Source: Octopus sinensis (Eukaryota). From it: 64,000 bases of DNA. Below, piece after piece: positions 12,351 through 26,270 of this stretch. Below the pieces are notes generated by a model. The model was not told the origin of the DNA and made no database searches. It saw only the letters and a program-made list of their open reading frames with translations. The stretch lies in NCBI RefSeq assembly GCF_006345805.1, contig NC_042997.1:202182001-202246000 (forward strand). Reading direction: 5' to 3'. Each line of letters starts with the position of its first letter. The first letter of the stretch is position 1. Both the position numbers and the translations under genes were made by a program.

Positions 12351-14709
12351 CTCTTAACCGTAGAGAAAAGGAATGAAGCAATAGAGACAGAGAAAGGAAA
12401 GCCTCAGTCATTTAAAATGACAATTAGACTTGAAATGTAGTCAATCTTTTCTCGCTTCTTTACTTTTAACAATGAAGAAGAGGGGAAGTCTTTCAGGTGT
12501 TTACGTTTTTATTCTGGGTGTTCTAGAATGATCAAGTGTTAGTTCTCTCTTCTTTCCTCCACCCCTGGTACATATTCACCGTCATTCATAGTTCTTCATG
12601 GCTTTTATTTGGGGGCAAAGAACTTTTTTTTTTTCAGGCACGTTTAACGTTTCCTTTACAAACTTCAAACAAGAACCCCTTCCCTTCCTTTCTTTTTTCA
12701 TACAAAAATTAATGTAAAATTCGAATGGGGTGTACTGTGAAAAGAGCCCAGAAAAATGGGTAATACCCCCTACAAAATTGGTAGGGGAGAAAAGTTGCCA
12801 ACAGGTGACTACATGAAATTCAACTCAATACTTTTAAGAGTGTCTTCTACTATAGCCTCAGGCCAACCAAAGCCTCATGAGTGAATCTGGTAGACAGAAG
12901 CTGAAAGAAACTCGTCATATATATATATATTTATGTGTGTGTGCTTGTCTGTGTTTGTCCCCCCACCACCATCAATTGACAACTGATGTTGGTGTGTTTG
13001 TGTCCTCGTAGCTTAGCTGTTCAGTAGAAGAGACTGATAGAATAAGCACCAGTCTTACAGGGAATAAGTCCAGGGGTCGATTTCTTTGACTAAAGGGCAG
13101 TGCTCCAGCACTGCCACCATCAAATGACTGAAACAAGTAAAATAAGGAAACAATACCAGAAGAATGTTCTGTACCACTACACCAAGAAGGTTCTTTGAAT
13201 ATGTACGATATAATTTAAGGCTAAATAGTAATTCTGTTTACATTTGCATAACTGAGATATTTTGGTTGGATTATATAGTTATTGGTTTTACACTTCTTTC
13301 TATATTCTGTAACTGTCACAATATACAAACATTTCTCATGGCACCAGCACACAATTTACAGATGCTTACATTTTTTATGTTTTCCATGAATTTTTCACGG
13401 TCCAGCTAGTTATTATTAATATTATTATTATTATTAAGGCGGCGAACTGGGAGAATCGTTAGAATGCTGGACGAAATCCTTAGTGGTATTTCACTCATTG
13501 CTACATTCTGAGTTCAAATTCCACCAAGGTCAACTTTGCCTTTCATCCTTTTGGGGGTCAATAAATTGAGTACCAGTTGCATGCTGTGGTCAGTGTTATC
13601 AACTTTGTCCTCCCCAAAAATTTCAGGCCTTGTGCCTTTAGTAGAAAGGATCATCATCATCATCACTATCAACATTATTATCATCATCATCATCATTATT
13701 ATTATTATTGTAAGCTGACGGAACCATTGTATCAGACAAAATGCTCAGAAACATTTCTTTCTGTTCTTTATATTCTGAACTCAAATTCTGCCCACAGTAG
13801 TTTTTGCCTTTAATCCTTTCAGAATCAATAAAATAAACCCCAGTCAAGTACTGGAGTCGATGTACTTATCTAACCCCTCCCCCTAAAATAGCTGGTCTAC
13901 ATGTGTACCCTTAACATAATCCACAGGCAGATCTAGCATAATGATAGTATTAATTATTGGGTTGGGCCACCCAACATGCTTCTTTAGAGTTTCCATCCAC
14001 AGCTATGGGTTGACTTGGTGCAATAGAAAATGACATTTTCTCAAAGTACCATGCAGTGGGATTGAACTGAGGGCCTTATGGTTACAAAGTGAACTTTTAA
14101 ACCATTCATCCATACTACACTAATTATAAAAATTTATACAAGTAAGCATTTAATTCTTTTCACCGTAGGCCATTTGTTTAAAGTTTCTAACTTGCGTTGT
14201 ACTTCAACAAAGTCCTCACTATACTAAACTTCTTGAATGACTGACATAGACACATGTCATAGCTTCTGTCTCTCTCTTGCTTTCTTTCTTTTTTACTCTC
14301 TATCTCTCTCTCACTCTCTCTAAATTGCTATATCTGCACTAAATTTCCCTCAGCAGTGTCAATCCTAGCACTGAATCTTTATAAATAGCATGAAGTGCTG
14401 CTTCTAAACTAAAACTTTGGTTGCACCCAAGGGAAGATTTGTCTCTCGTCTACTTAATATCACAGAAAGCCAAAGCTAGCTAAGCATCATTCCAGTGAGT
14501 TCTTGACTTGAAAACTGGATTAACTTAAATGGTTGTGTCATAGTAATAATGACAGATGAGACTATTTAGGAATCAAAGAACCTGGAATACATTCCTTCAT
14601 GTCATACATTCTTAAGGGTCAATCAAAGAGATTGAAATAACACAGTATTGATTATTGTTTCCTTATTTAAGGCACCAGGTTTTTTTTTTTTTAAGTTTAT
14701 TGGCTGGCG

Positions 14710-15519
14710 CAATGGTTCTCAACCAGGGTTTAAATTTATGAGTAATAAATTAGTTATACTTTTACAATACACCAAATTTTTTAGCAGCTTTTTTTTTATT
14801 ACAATTCCTAATTATATTAAAGGTGGTGAGCTAGCAGAAACGTTAGCACACTGGGCGAACCGCTTAGCGGTATTTCGTCTGCCGCTACATTCTGAGTTCA
14901 AATTCCACCAAGGTTGACTTTGCCTTTCATCCTTTCGGGGTCGATTAAATAAGTACCAGTTACGAACTGGGGTTGATGTAATCAACTTAATCCGTTTGTC
15001 CTTGTTTGTCCCCTCTGTGTGTAGCCCCTTGTGGGTAGTAAAGAAATAGGTATTTCGTCTGTCACTACATTCTGAGTTCAAATTCCGCCGAGGTTGACTT
15101 TGCCTTTCATCCTTTCGGGGTTGATAAAATTAAGTACCAGTTACGCACTGGGGTCAATGTAATTGACTTAATCCGTTTGTGTCCTTGTTTGTCCTCTCTG
15201 TGTTTAGCCCCTTGTCAGTAGTAAAGAAATAGGTATTTCATCTGCCTTTACATTCTGAGTTCAAATTCCGACTTTGCCTTTCATCCTTTTGGGGTCAATA
15301 AATTAAGTACCAGTTGCATACTGGGATTGATCTAATCAACTAGCCCCCACCTCACCCCAAAATTTCAGGCCTTGTGCCTAGAGTAGAAAAGAATTCTTAA
15401 TAATATTTAATCATAAAAATATAATAGGATTTTTAAAACATCAAATGGCTATGAGAGTCTACCGAAGTAAAATAGGAACCAAAAGGAGGCCAGAGGTAAA
15501 AAATGGTTGAGAACCTTTG
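14710..15519. mobile_element. hAT-type MITE interrupted by a SINE trimer
   Basis: TIRs CAATGGTTCTCAACC / GGTTGAGAACCTTTG; 8-bp TSD GGCTGGCG / GGCTGGAG. Confidence 0.75.
14820..15392 (+). mobile_element. Trimeric Nin-domain-type SINE (~180-bp body repeated three times)
   Basis: GGTATTTC(G/A)TCTG at 14869, 15049 and 15232; imperfect TSD AATTCCTAATTATATTA / AATTCTTAATAATATTTA. Confidence 0.85.
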
Positions 15520-15535
15520 GGCTGGAGTAAATATA

Positions 15536-15955
15536 ATTCTTATTTCTTTACTGCCCACAAGGGGCTACACACAGAGGGGACAAACAAGGACAGACAAATG
15601 GATTAAGTCGATTACATCGACCCCAGTGCATAACTAGTACTTAATTTATCAACCCCGAAAGGATGAAAGGCAAAGTCAACCTCGGCGGAATTTGAACTCA
15701 AAACGTAACGGCAGACGAAATACCTATTTCTTTATTACCCACAAGGGGCTAAACACAGAGGGGACAAACAAGGACAGACATAGGTATTAAGTCGATTACA
15801 TCGACCCCAGTGCGTAACTGGTACTTAATTTATCGACCCCAAAAGGATGAAAGGCAAAGTCAACCTTGGCGGAATTTGAACTCAGAACATAACGGCAGAC
15901 AAAATACCGTTAAGCATTTCGCCTGGCATGCTAACGATTCTGCCATTCTGCCTTT
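15536..15955 (-). mobile_element. Dimeric Nin-domain-type SINE, inverted relative to 14820-15392
   Basis: Reverse complement of the same head, body and tail, with two body units. Confidence 0.85.
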
Positions 15956-17127
15956 CCTTAAAGATGTTACTAGTAAACTAAAGAGAAATGAAGAAGATTA
16001 AAGAAAATGCTTGCTAAACAAAGTCTGTATATTTCTTACGTAGAACAGAAACTGTTTTTAAAGAATTTTCAGTAAATGGTATTCCTAAAATGTTGCTATA
16101 ATTAGTTTTAATGATTATTAACTAATTTTGTATCAAAGTGTGGGAACAATTAATGTTAGTTATAATTAATCTGACAAACCTAACCAAATGATTAATACAA
16201 TCTACAATCTATTTCTTTATATCAGTTTAAATCAGCTGATAGTTGACCAGTCAATTGGCTAAAATTTCAAATTATCTATTGGTCTTCTTAATTATTAACA
16301 AATTAAGAGATGATAGCTACATAATTCAAATTACATGAAATTTCTTTTTGTTAAAATAGCTATGTGGTTAAGTTGACTGCATGGCATTTTGGCTGAGTGT
16401 CTTCTGCTATAACTGTAGGCTGACCACAACCTTGAGAGTGGATTTGATAGATGGAACTGAAAGAAGCCCAGTGTATATGTGTGTGTTTGCGTTATCTTGT
16501 CTTAAAAACCCTTGACAGTTGTAGATGTGTGTCCCCATCATGCAATCAGTATTGTCTGTTTCCTGTCTTCTATGAAAAATGTCAGGTCTTGAGGAAATAT
16601 CAGCTTGCTTGGAAACAACTGAGAGTCGGTGACAGCAAGGGCATCTGGTTGCACCTGACCCATGGAAGCCTAGAAAAGAGGATAATGATGATAGCTAGAG
16701 GCACTTTAAAACAGCATTGATTGAAGTGTAGATGTGTACACTTATAATTTACATGTTCATGTACACTTGAGCAGAAAAAGACTTTCACTGTAGAAATGTT
16801 TTCAGGAGAGAAATTCTCATTATAGACAATGTGATGTGAAAAATACACCACTGGGCTAAGAATGACATCACTGGATGCCAGACATGCGTTTCTATGTTGC
16901 TACACTTCATCACCAAATCCGTCATTCACAACCCACTAAGAACTGCTATTCTTATATTTTTGAATAGTAAATTTGCTGGTGTGTGCAAAGCTTTGTCAAG
17001 CTGGAATTAGTAATTAATTAACTAGATGTGCACTGAGCAATGTTGATTGAAGTCTAGGCATGTACAATCATATTTAACGTGTTTGTACACACTCAAACAT
17101 GTAAAGACTTTCACTGCAGAAACTCTC

Positions 17128-17510
17128 ATCATCATCAGCATCATTTAACGTGCATTTTCCATGCTGGCACGGGTTGGATGGTTTGACTGAGGACTGACGA
17201 ACCAGATGGCCACACAAGGCTCCAATCTGATCTGGCAAAGTCTCTACAGCTGGATGCCCTTCCTAATGCCAACTACTCCAAGAGTGTAGTGGGTGCTTTT
17301 TACATGTCACTGGCATTTGGATGTTCTTTTCACGTGCTACCAGCACAGAAGCCAATCAGGGTGGGGAGGCTGGCATCAACCATGTTTGGATGGTGCTTTT
17401 TACATGCCACCAGCACAGGAACCAGTCAGGTGGAATTGGTATCAACCACGTTCGGATAGTGCTTTTTACATCTACAGGCACGTGAAGCCAGTCAGGTGGA
17501 ACTAGCAACA
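17128..17510 (-). mobile_element. RTE 3'-tail-derived repeat with decayed ~62-bp units
   Basis: (CAT)n-TTAACG...CAGCTGGATGCCCTTCCTAA is the reverse complement of the tail at 2790-2965. Confidence 0.8.
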
Positions 17511-20500
17511 ACCCATGCATGAATGGTGTCTCTGGAAAGAAATTCTCCTTGTAGACTTTGTGAAATACTTCTGCATGATATTTCAGACAAATGGTTTGGG
17601 TGTTATTCCATCTGTTGGTCAACAAGAATTAGGAATTAAATTTAGATTGCTTGAGAAAATTGAATTTGGTTAAAAACTATACTGTTTTGAATACATTCTA
17701 TATGGGCTGTCATGTCTGCATGTATCACGCTTCCCCTGTACTGTAAATTGTAAAATAATTTTGCTGTATTTATTTGCTAACGTGTTAGCTACTAAACTGG
17801 AGATTTATATTTATCATGGTTTAATTGATTTATAACAATACTTAAAGCATTTCTTTTTAAATAAAGAAAGCATGTACCATCATAAATATAAAATTTATTT
17901 TACTACTTCATGTTTCAATAAATACTGAATGCCAGTTATATATCTTGTATAATCTGTAGATTTAGATCATATCAACTTTCTTATTCTGTTATTTTTTTAG
18001 TATTACATTACAAAATATAAATATCATTTATAAGCAATTTTGTCGCTGTCTGTGCTGTTGCAATACTCTTCATTAAAACTAATAATTATCTCTAAATACT
18101 TTGGTGATTGTTTGCCTTTATAAAAATATACGAAATTACTGTTTCTTTTAGTATGGTGGCCTTTAATATTTGCAATTCAATATATTTGCACCCACAGATC
18201 TTCTATTAAATATTCTCTAAATTTCATTATCATTATTTAATGCCTTCTTTTCCATATATACACACACATGCATCTGTGTGTGTGTTAAATGGACTTCTTT
18301 CGGTTTCTTATTTCTTTATTGCCCACAAGGGGCTAAACATAGAGGGGACAAACAAGGACAGACAAATGGATTAAGTCGATTATATCGACCCCAGTGTGTA
18401 ACTGGTACTTATTTAATCGACCTCGAAAGGATGAAAGGCAAAGTCGACCTCAGCGTAATTTGAATTCAGAATGTAGCAGCAGATGTTGTGTTAACATTTT
18501 TGCCAGCTCACCACAAACTTCTTTCAGTTTTTGTCTACCAAATATATTCACAAGGCTTTGGTTGGCCCAGGGCTATATATAGTAGAAGAATTTATTAGGG
18601 TAGCTTGGTCATAATTAAGCTGGTGTTTGGAACATAAATTTACATGAAATTTAATGAAAGGTTTCGATTTAGATCACTTTAAAATAAGAAATTTGTAATG
18701 TAGAACCAGGATCTGTCTCAGAGACAGGTTGCTATCAAAATAGTTAAAGGGTATAAAACAATGCATTAACTTAAATGCTATAAAATAAATGTTTTAAAAA
18801 GTGTAATATTAATTTCTTGCATAGATCCCTGCTCTATTGTGAGGAGCTCTATCTGGTAGGAATTGAACTTCTACTACCAGCTAAGGAATCACTTGTAGGT
18901 ATCACAGATGTTGATACCCACAGCTATGAGTTATAACTCGGAAAAGTCCACAGAATTTTGCATTTTCTTGACTGGCAAATGTCACAGCATTTTCATCATC
19001 ACTATCGTCGTTTTCATCGTTGTTCTTTTCAAGTCCGCTTTCTCATACTTGCATGGGTCAGGAGGAGTTTGTCAAAGCAAATGTTCTCCAACCGGACACC
19101 CTTCCTGTTACCAGTAATTACCTGTTTCTAAGTAAGATAATGTTTCCCCACAGCTGGACATGTTTACACACAAGAACGGAAACAAACAACACTGCTTTAC
19201 AAATATTGCCCAGTGTCAAGCTAAGAAGACAGAAACGCTCACGCCAATATTGTTAATGACATTTGTTCTGTAGTATTTCTATTTGGTCTGAAGCCAGACT
19301 GAAAAACTTAAAATTTATTTCTCCATTGTTGTGAGAAGTTCTCGATTAAAGAGGTATTCACCTATGTAGCACATTGGTGATAATCCTCTCCAGATTTTCT
19401 GGAAAGTTGCAGATTCCTTTCTTTTCTTTCTCCGTTCTTTTGGCAGATCATCTCTAATGATTATAGAATTCATAATTGGTCAGAGAAGTTTGGCACAGAG
19501 AAAATTTGTAGCACATCTGACAGAACTTTGTCTGGTTGAGCAACTTTTCCACAAACAATTAACTGTGTAAACACAGGACAGCAATTCAAGATATCCAAAG
19601 TTTTCTCTGAAGTTCCAAATCCATTCATTAATGCTATTGCATTAGTTCTTGTACATTAATACCAATTCCTATATTTGTACTCGTGTTGGCAACAATAATG
19701 AATTTGAGAGATATCCAGTCATACTTCATGGTGAAAGACTTGCACCTTACCATTTCATAATTGTTTAAAATGTTGAAGAAGTTAATGAGACCGAGTGGCA
19801 GTTTGGTGGACTTTGTCCTTGAGTGAGTTTTTAAGTGCCTTTTCCAGCAAAACGAGCTGCAGGTAATAGGATATGAACCACTAACCTCTCATTTTTTCTC
19901 TCGTGATAATGAATTCAGAGATGAAGAAACAGTTTGTGGAGTTGTATTATCATCATCTTATGTCTGCTTTCCATGCCAACATGTGTTGGATGGGTTGTCA
20001 CAGAATTGTTCGTTATTGGGAGCCACCCAGAACACTCTGTAAAGTTGTTGGTTTTAGGAATGGTATCCAATATGCAGTTGTGAAAATACAAAAAAAATAC
20101 AAGAAAAGCCATTTGGCTCCCTAGTTTGGCCAAAACTATCTACAGTATTACTTCTGTATTACTTGGTGCTTCTAAAACCCTAATTCATTGTCAATCTATC
20201 AGAGACCCACCGTAGTTTGTGTACCCACTACTGGCAGTAAATGTACAGCGGTGAGTTCCTGCTAATGACCAAACCAACACACAGACATGGAACACAATTG
20301 CACATCTGAATGGAATAGATAGATGCTGTTATAGTAATGATGTCAAATAAAAGAGGATAATCCTTCTTCTATGGGAGGTTATTGACATTTAGACATACAT
20401 GTTGAAGCCAAACAGATGTAAAACTGTTTGCTCTGTTATATATTGCAAAGGTATTAGCAATTACACATTTGTTTGTCAGGCATATAAAAAAAATTAATCT

Positions 20501-22639
20501 CACATCTACAACCATGTACAATGGTTAGATTATTTCTACATGCCCTTTGACTACTTCAGTCTGTGGCTGCAAGTTCTTTATTCAATTATATTCAATGCAA
20601 ACATAGAGCTCAGATTGTGAGTTATGTCTATCATGAAATAGATGCTAAATCATTTGCCTTTATTGAGATCCTTTTTACACTGTTGCATATGATAGTCAAT
20701 CACTAACTTCATACAATACAAACCTCAACAAAAATTGTTCTCTGAAATAGATTTGGCTTTGATGAAATTACTGATATGACACAAAGAATACAAAAGTTGT
20801 TTTTTGTTTGTTTGATTTTGAGACTTTTTTCTTTTCTTTTTTTTTCTTTTCGGTTTTAATTCAATACAGAAAGCAGAAAATACTGCAACAATCTTGGTCA
20901 TCCGTTTAAGTTATTCATGTTATGTAACTCTATAATTTCATGATAAAACAGAGCCAGTAAAAATGTGTTTGGTTTTATGATTCTTATCTCAGACAGAGAG
21001 AGAGAGAGAGAGAGAAAGACAAACCTCAAAGGGAAAAACTAAAATCTGTTTGGAAAGTTTCATATTATATTGCTTTATGAAAAGAAACAAATTTCTTAAC
21101 TTTTGTATTAATATGAATTAGACATTTTAAAACTAGTTTCCTATAAACTATATTCAACTTTGTTTTCTTTAAATATTGTTTTCCATCCAACGCCATTGTA
21201 AAAATAACTTGATAGAAATAGTTAAGCTAATGCCAATTTACTAAATACAGTAAGCATCAAAAATACTATTAAAAATAAGAAAAGACAGCAAAGAAAAGAC
21301 AGCATTTACTTTAGTGACTAATGTTTTAATCATTTCAGCATGTACGACAGACATTATTTAGTCTTATTATATTTCATCATTCTTGCCGAAAGAGTGATTT
21401 GTACAATATTGAGCACCTATTTTGTGATTTTATAATCACTTCTTTGGTAATATAGTGATGTCTTTGATTGGCTGAGGAAGTCACATAAGACTGAGATATA
21501 TCCAGAGTTGTCTCCCATACTTATTGAAATGATTACTCAATGAGCTAATGTTGTCTTTCCACATGATTGTTAAACTTTTCATACTCACTATATATGTTAA
21601 CTTAACTGTTGTCATTTATGCCGATGGCATCTCTGAGTAATATACTTGGCAATTCATTCATTTATTTATTTTTTACATAGATGCTTAGTGATAAACAACC
21701 TTGCACTACATAGCAACAACTCTCATAATTTAATTGTTCTGTAGAAACTGTTCTTCTGTTTCACAGAAATACACCAGATAAAGAAAACAGCCTTTATCAA
21801 CTCTACTTTTAGAGTGTTTTAGAAGGAGATATCTAATTAGAACTCAGATTAGTATTCCCCAAAAATTCCCCCTTTACTTATTACAATAATCTGTTGCTTA
21901 TTAACTACAGTGATCTAACGAAATTAAATTGTTCTCTCGCCACCAAGTTATTCACAATTTTAAGCTTTTAAAATTTGCATTATTCTCTCACTTCAAATTT
22001 TATAATTTAATGTCAGATATTTCTTTTTTCCTTTTATCTGTTCTAAGATTGGAGCAAAGGATTGTTTTGTGTTGGTATTGAGACTTAATTCTTAGAACAT
22101 TAATACAGATGGTTTTGTGTTTTTGTGAACTAACTGCATAAAATACTTTTAAATCAACTCTCAGCCTTTAAAAATGCTGACTGAATCTATTTTGAGATTG
22201 GCCATAGATTAAATATTTAACAATAATTTTGTTTTCAGTTTATAGCTGTGGTAGACAGTATTTAAAGGCAAGATTTTCAACCAGTTATTGGGAAAGATAG
22301 AGAGAGCCAGCAGGGAAAGATTGGCAGAGAAATACTTTGTAAAATAGATTCTGAGCCATGACAAATATATTTAACTTCATCTTGTCAAATAAAGTTTGAT
22401 TTTAAAGCAGAAATAAAATTATTCGAAATTATAATGAAGCATTTTATTAGAGATATTTACATAGGAAAAATGAAAAACATATATTGATTTTGAAAACATG
22501 CTAAGAGTTAACATTATTAAAATAGAAAATGCTTCTATCATCATTATAATGAATAAATAATGAAAAGCAAGATGATTGAAATATGCAGTGGGAAGAGGTG
22601 TAAATATCTCCATTAATATCCTCAAAGTTCATTCACATA

Positions 22640-23035
22640 ATCACAGGTAAGGCTGTGCGGTTAAGAAGCTCACTTTACAACCAAGTGGTTTTGAGTTCAG
22701 CCCCACTATACGGTACCTTGAGCAAATGTTTTCTACTATAGCTCCAGGCTTACCAATGCCTTATGAGAATTTAGTTGATGGAAACAGCGAGGAAGCCCAG
22801 TGTGTGTGCGTGCATGGGCATGTGTGTCTTTGAATTTGTTCCCCTTCCCCATTTGCTGTGCTTGACAACTGGTGTAGGTTCATCAATGTTTCCATAACTT
22901 AACAGTTTATCAAAGGAGACTGATAAAGTGTCCAGCTTTCAAAAATAAGTACCAAGTCAATTTATTCCACTGAAAACCCATGAAGGCAGTGCCCCAGCAT
23001 GGCCACAAACCAATAACTGAAACAAGTAAAAAATA
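22640..23035 (+). mobile_element. Abundant ~400-bp tRNA/CORE-like SINE with internal (TG/TA)n, older copy
   Basis: GTTCAGCCCCACTA...CCTTGAGCAAATGT head; CCAGCATGGCCAC...CTGAAACAAGTAAAA tail. Confidence 0.75.
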
Positions 23036-23109
23036 ATGTTAGGACTTGTCTTTCAGCAATGGTTGTTGTCAGACAACACAATTCCTCTCATTAATTCTGT
23101 AATTTTCAT

Positions 23110-23510
23110 AAGGGCAGGCATGGCTGGATGGTTAACAAACTTGCTTTGTAATCATGTGGTCTTAGGTTCAGTCCCACTGCATGACACTTTGGGCAAGTGT
23201 CTTCTATTATAGACTCAGTCCGACCAAAGCCTTGTGAGTGGATTTGGTAGACAGAAACTGAAAGAAGCCTGTTGTATATATATACATATGTATGTGTATG
23301 TATGTATTTGTGTGTCTGTTTGTCCACCACCATCATTTGACAACTGATGGTGGTGTGTTTACGTCCTCGTAACTTAGCAGTTCAGCAAAAGAGACCAATA
23401 GAATAAGTACTAGGCTTACAAAGAATAAGTCCCAGGGTCAATTCATTTGACTAAAAGCTGGTGCTCCAGCATGGCTGCAGTCAAATGACTGAAACACATA
23501 AAAGAAAAAA
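23110..23510 (+). mobile_element. Abundant ~400-bp tRNA/CORE-like SINE. Further full or partial copies at ~2990-3195, 4420-4715, 9350-9495, 12835-13145, 40145-41300 (interrupted), 43015-43175, 49810-50140, 55030-55900, 62055-62370 and 63600-63790.
   Basis: GGTTCAGTCCCACTGCATGACACTTTGGGCAAGTGTCTTC head, microsatellite centre, GGTGCTCCAGCATGGC...TGACTGAAAC tail. Confidence 0.85.
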
Positions 23511-24451
23511 GCATAACCAAACCAACACCAAAGCAGAACAAGTAATATATCTTCAAATATCATTGTTCATTTATCACAAACAAAAGAGACAGGAATCTGT
23601 TACACTTATTCTGAAAGAAAACCTGGAAAAAAAAATTGAACCATAGAAAGCAGTTTCCATAGTTTAATGCTAAATACCAAAAATAGATCAATATGGAAAG
23701 TAATCTAGTTTATTTCAGTATCAAACTGATGTACTCTTTGATATTGTGAATAATACAACAGCCTGAAGATAAAATTGTAATTCTTCAATGTATTTGTCAA
23801 TGATTGTTGCAGAAATCACTTCCAGGAGAAATTAAGCACAAAATAATGTTAACAAAATAATGTAATTCCAAAAAATGCCTCAAAAATTTAGTTTAAATTA
23901 AATGAAATGACAATTACAGTAAGAACAATTGTTATTCTGAAACAAAATAATTTTCTTGATTTCAATGTCTGAAGTTAAAACAAGTTTTACCACAAAGAAC
24001 AGTTTGTTAGTGTTTGTTGATGTTTAACAAGAAGTTGACTCTGATTGAGCAAACAAACCTATGAAAGGCATTCCGGCTATGACCATCCTGTCTTTTACCC
24101 AGATATAGTGTATCCTATGCTATTTTTTTCCTTTTTTTTTTTTCATGTTTCTTCCGTTTTTCTTTTTTTTTATTTTGTGGTGGGAAGGACATTAAGGTAT
24201 GGTTTTAGAAAGATTTAACTGCTATTTCTAACAGAATGACTGCTTATCTAGAGGCTCACTAGTCAGCTCTGAATGTAATATGATGACACCTACTTCAATG
24301 TTCTATATGAGACCAGCACTATAATTGAAGGTCCTCTCTAGTCTTTTATGGAAGATGCTCTATATAGAAGCAAATTAGCTGGATAGAAAATCTCTGTAAG
24401 AGATGAAAGCAGTAATGTTTATCACCGCTTCTACATGGCTGTGCTGTAGGA

Positions 24452-24563
24452 AGCAGAAGTAGTAGAGTGACTTAAGGTCCAAGAGTTTCATGTGTTGGCA
24501 CTTGTCAGACTAAGTGCCAACGCACGAAATCCTCTGGTCTTGAGTTACTCTGTTACTTCTGCT
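24452..24563 (+). other. 112-nt hairpin (52-nt arms, 8-nt loop); candidate pre-miRNA or decayed palindrome
   Basis: Ungapped arms give 40 Watson-Crick pairs, 8 G-U pairs and 4 mismatches. Confidence 0.7.
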
Positions 24564-24727
24564 AAATATTAATATATATGTATGTTTGTGTTCCTTATGA
24601 AGCACAGCTCCAAAATTGTAGATGTTATGTTTATATGAGACATGCATAAGATTTGAAAAATACTGGAAGCTATTTTTCACAGAGAAAGCACATTTCAAAA
24701 CAGAAGATACAAAAAAGTACTTAGTAT

Positions 24728-24957
24728 TATTTATTCACCATTACACATGTTCCATTTGCTCATAGGAGTTACAGAACTGTACATGTAGGAAAAGCATGTG
24801 ACATCTCCTATTAGAAATTCTTCTGACAGAGAATTCAATAATATTGTTATTTTATTCCCTATCTGCAGAATTTCTAATAGGAGATATTTTATGTTTTTTC
24901 TACATGTACAAGTCTGTAACTCCTATTATCAAATGAAACACATGTAATGGTGAATAG
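24728..24957. mobile_element. Inverted-repeat short element, probably PLE pseudo-LTR derived, carrying a hammerhead motif
   Basis: 24728-24826 is an imperfect reverse complement of ~24862-24960. Confidence 0.7.
24852..24957 (+). ncRNA. Type I hammerhead ribozyme motif (A6C variant or decayed)
   Basis: Stem I TTATTCCCTAT/ATGGTGAATAG (10 of 11 paired); CTGCAGA at 24863; stem II ATTTCTAATAGGAG/CTCCTATTATCAAAT; GAAAC-ACAT-GTA at 24935-24946. Confidence 0.7.
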
Positions 24958-25969
24958 ATAAGACCACTATCCTGTTTCAATACATACCAGTTCTACTTCT
25001 TCCAACATTCATTGCTATCTGAAGATGGAAACCTGAATCTTGGAGTAATGAATGATTAGTTGATCACTAAATGTAAGTAACGGAGATAGTTGAATACCAA
25101 GCTTTACACTTAAGAGAGACTGATAGTTCTGGAGTGGTAAATCAGTGAGAAAATGAACAGACAGATGACTGATTAATGCTTGCTAGTTAACCTCTGGGTT
25201 GCTGATAAATCACACAGTGGAAATGTTGTGTATTGTGGCTTGATTAAATATTAAACAGCATCTGTTGAAGAAAGTAGAGTGAGCAGAACAAACAAGAGTT
25301 TGATAGGAACATATATTGTAAGTTGTCAAATTTAAGATTAGCAAAATGTGAGTTAATTACAGTGAAAATAAATTTTAATTTAAGAGAAAGAATCTTTATA
25401 ATTGGCAAAGTAAGAAAAGTGCTATTTAAAGAATTTTAATAGGTGTCTGGTAAAAGCCAAGACGCTTCTGTTATCAGTTAATATAAACAACGAATTGGAA
25501 AGATTACTTTCTTAGTTTAGATATTAGAAGAGACTGAAGGAGGAATCGAGAGTGTTTGGATAATTCAAAAGACACAAACCGAGTGTCACTGTGATTACTG
25601 TGGGTAACAAGATTAAAACTTCACTGTTAAAAACAAATGGTAGAATCAGTAATGTTTTCTATAAAGATTAAATGAATATTAGCTTAAAACTCATAAAAGC
25701 GTAAAGATACATGCATGTGTACATGGAGATTCACACGTACATGTTTGTGCGATGGCTACAATTCCATCTCGAGCAGTGCAACTGCTTGATTGTTCTCTTA
25801 ACCACGAGCAACATGGATGTGGATTTTCAGTTCTGCTTGCAGACGTTCAGCAGACGTTCAGAGAGCTTACCACCCATACTGACACGTGCCTTCATTCAAT
25901 CCAAGAATTTTTCATTGAGTGTCTTGGGTTTTTTTCAGCTACAGCCAGCTATAGTATGCAACACAAAAT

Positions 25970-26227
25970 AGCTCCCATGCCAGTGGCACGTAAAAAAGCA
26001 CTATCCGAACATGATCAATACCAGGCCAGCCTGACTGGCTCCTGTGCCAGTAGTACATAAAAGCACCCACTACATTCTCGGAGTGGTTGGTGTTAGGAAG
26101 GGCATCCAGCTGTAGAAACTTTGCCAGATCAGATTGGAGCCTGGTGCAGCCACTGGCTCGCCAGACCTCAGTCAAACAATCTAGCCCATGCCAGTATGGA
26201 AAACGAATGTTAAATGATGATGATGAT
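25970..26227 (+). mobile_element. RTE 3'-tail-derived repeat
   Basis: GGAAGGGCATCCAGCTGTAGAAAC ... GTTAAAT(GAT)n. Confidence 0.8.
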
Positions 26228-26233
26228 ACATAT

Positions 26234-26264
<31 letters not shown>

Positions 26265-26270
<6 letters not shown>

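Noticed and set aside
19300-19870. Unique coding-like stretch on minus (~56-aa frame)
   Set aside because: Short, no splice support, no motif I can name with confidence
25711-25960. Overlapping 86-102 aa ORFs
   Set aside because: No domain similarity recognised; they run into an RTE-tail repeat
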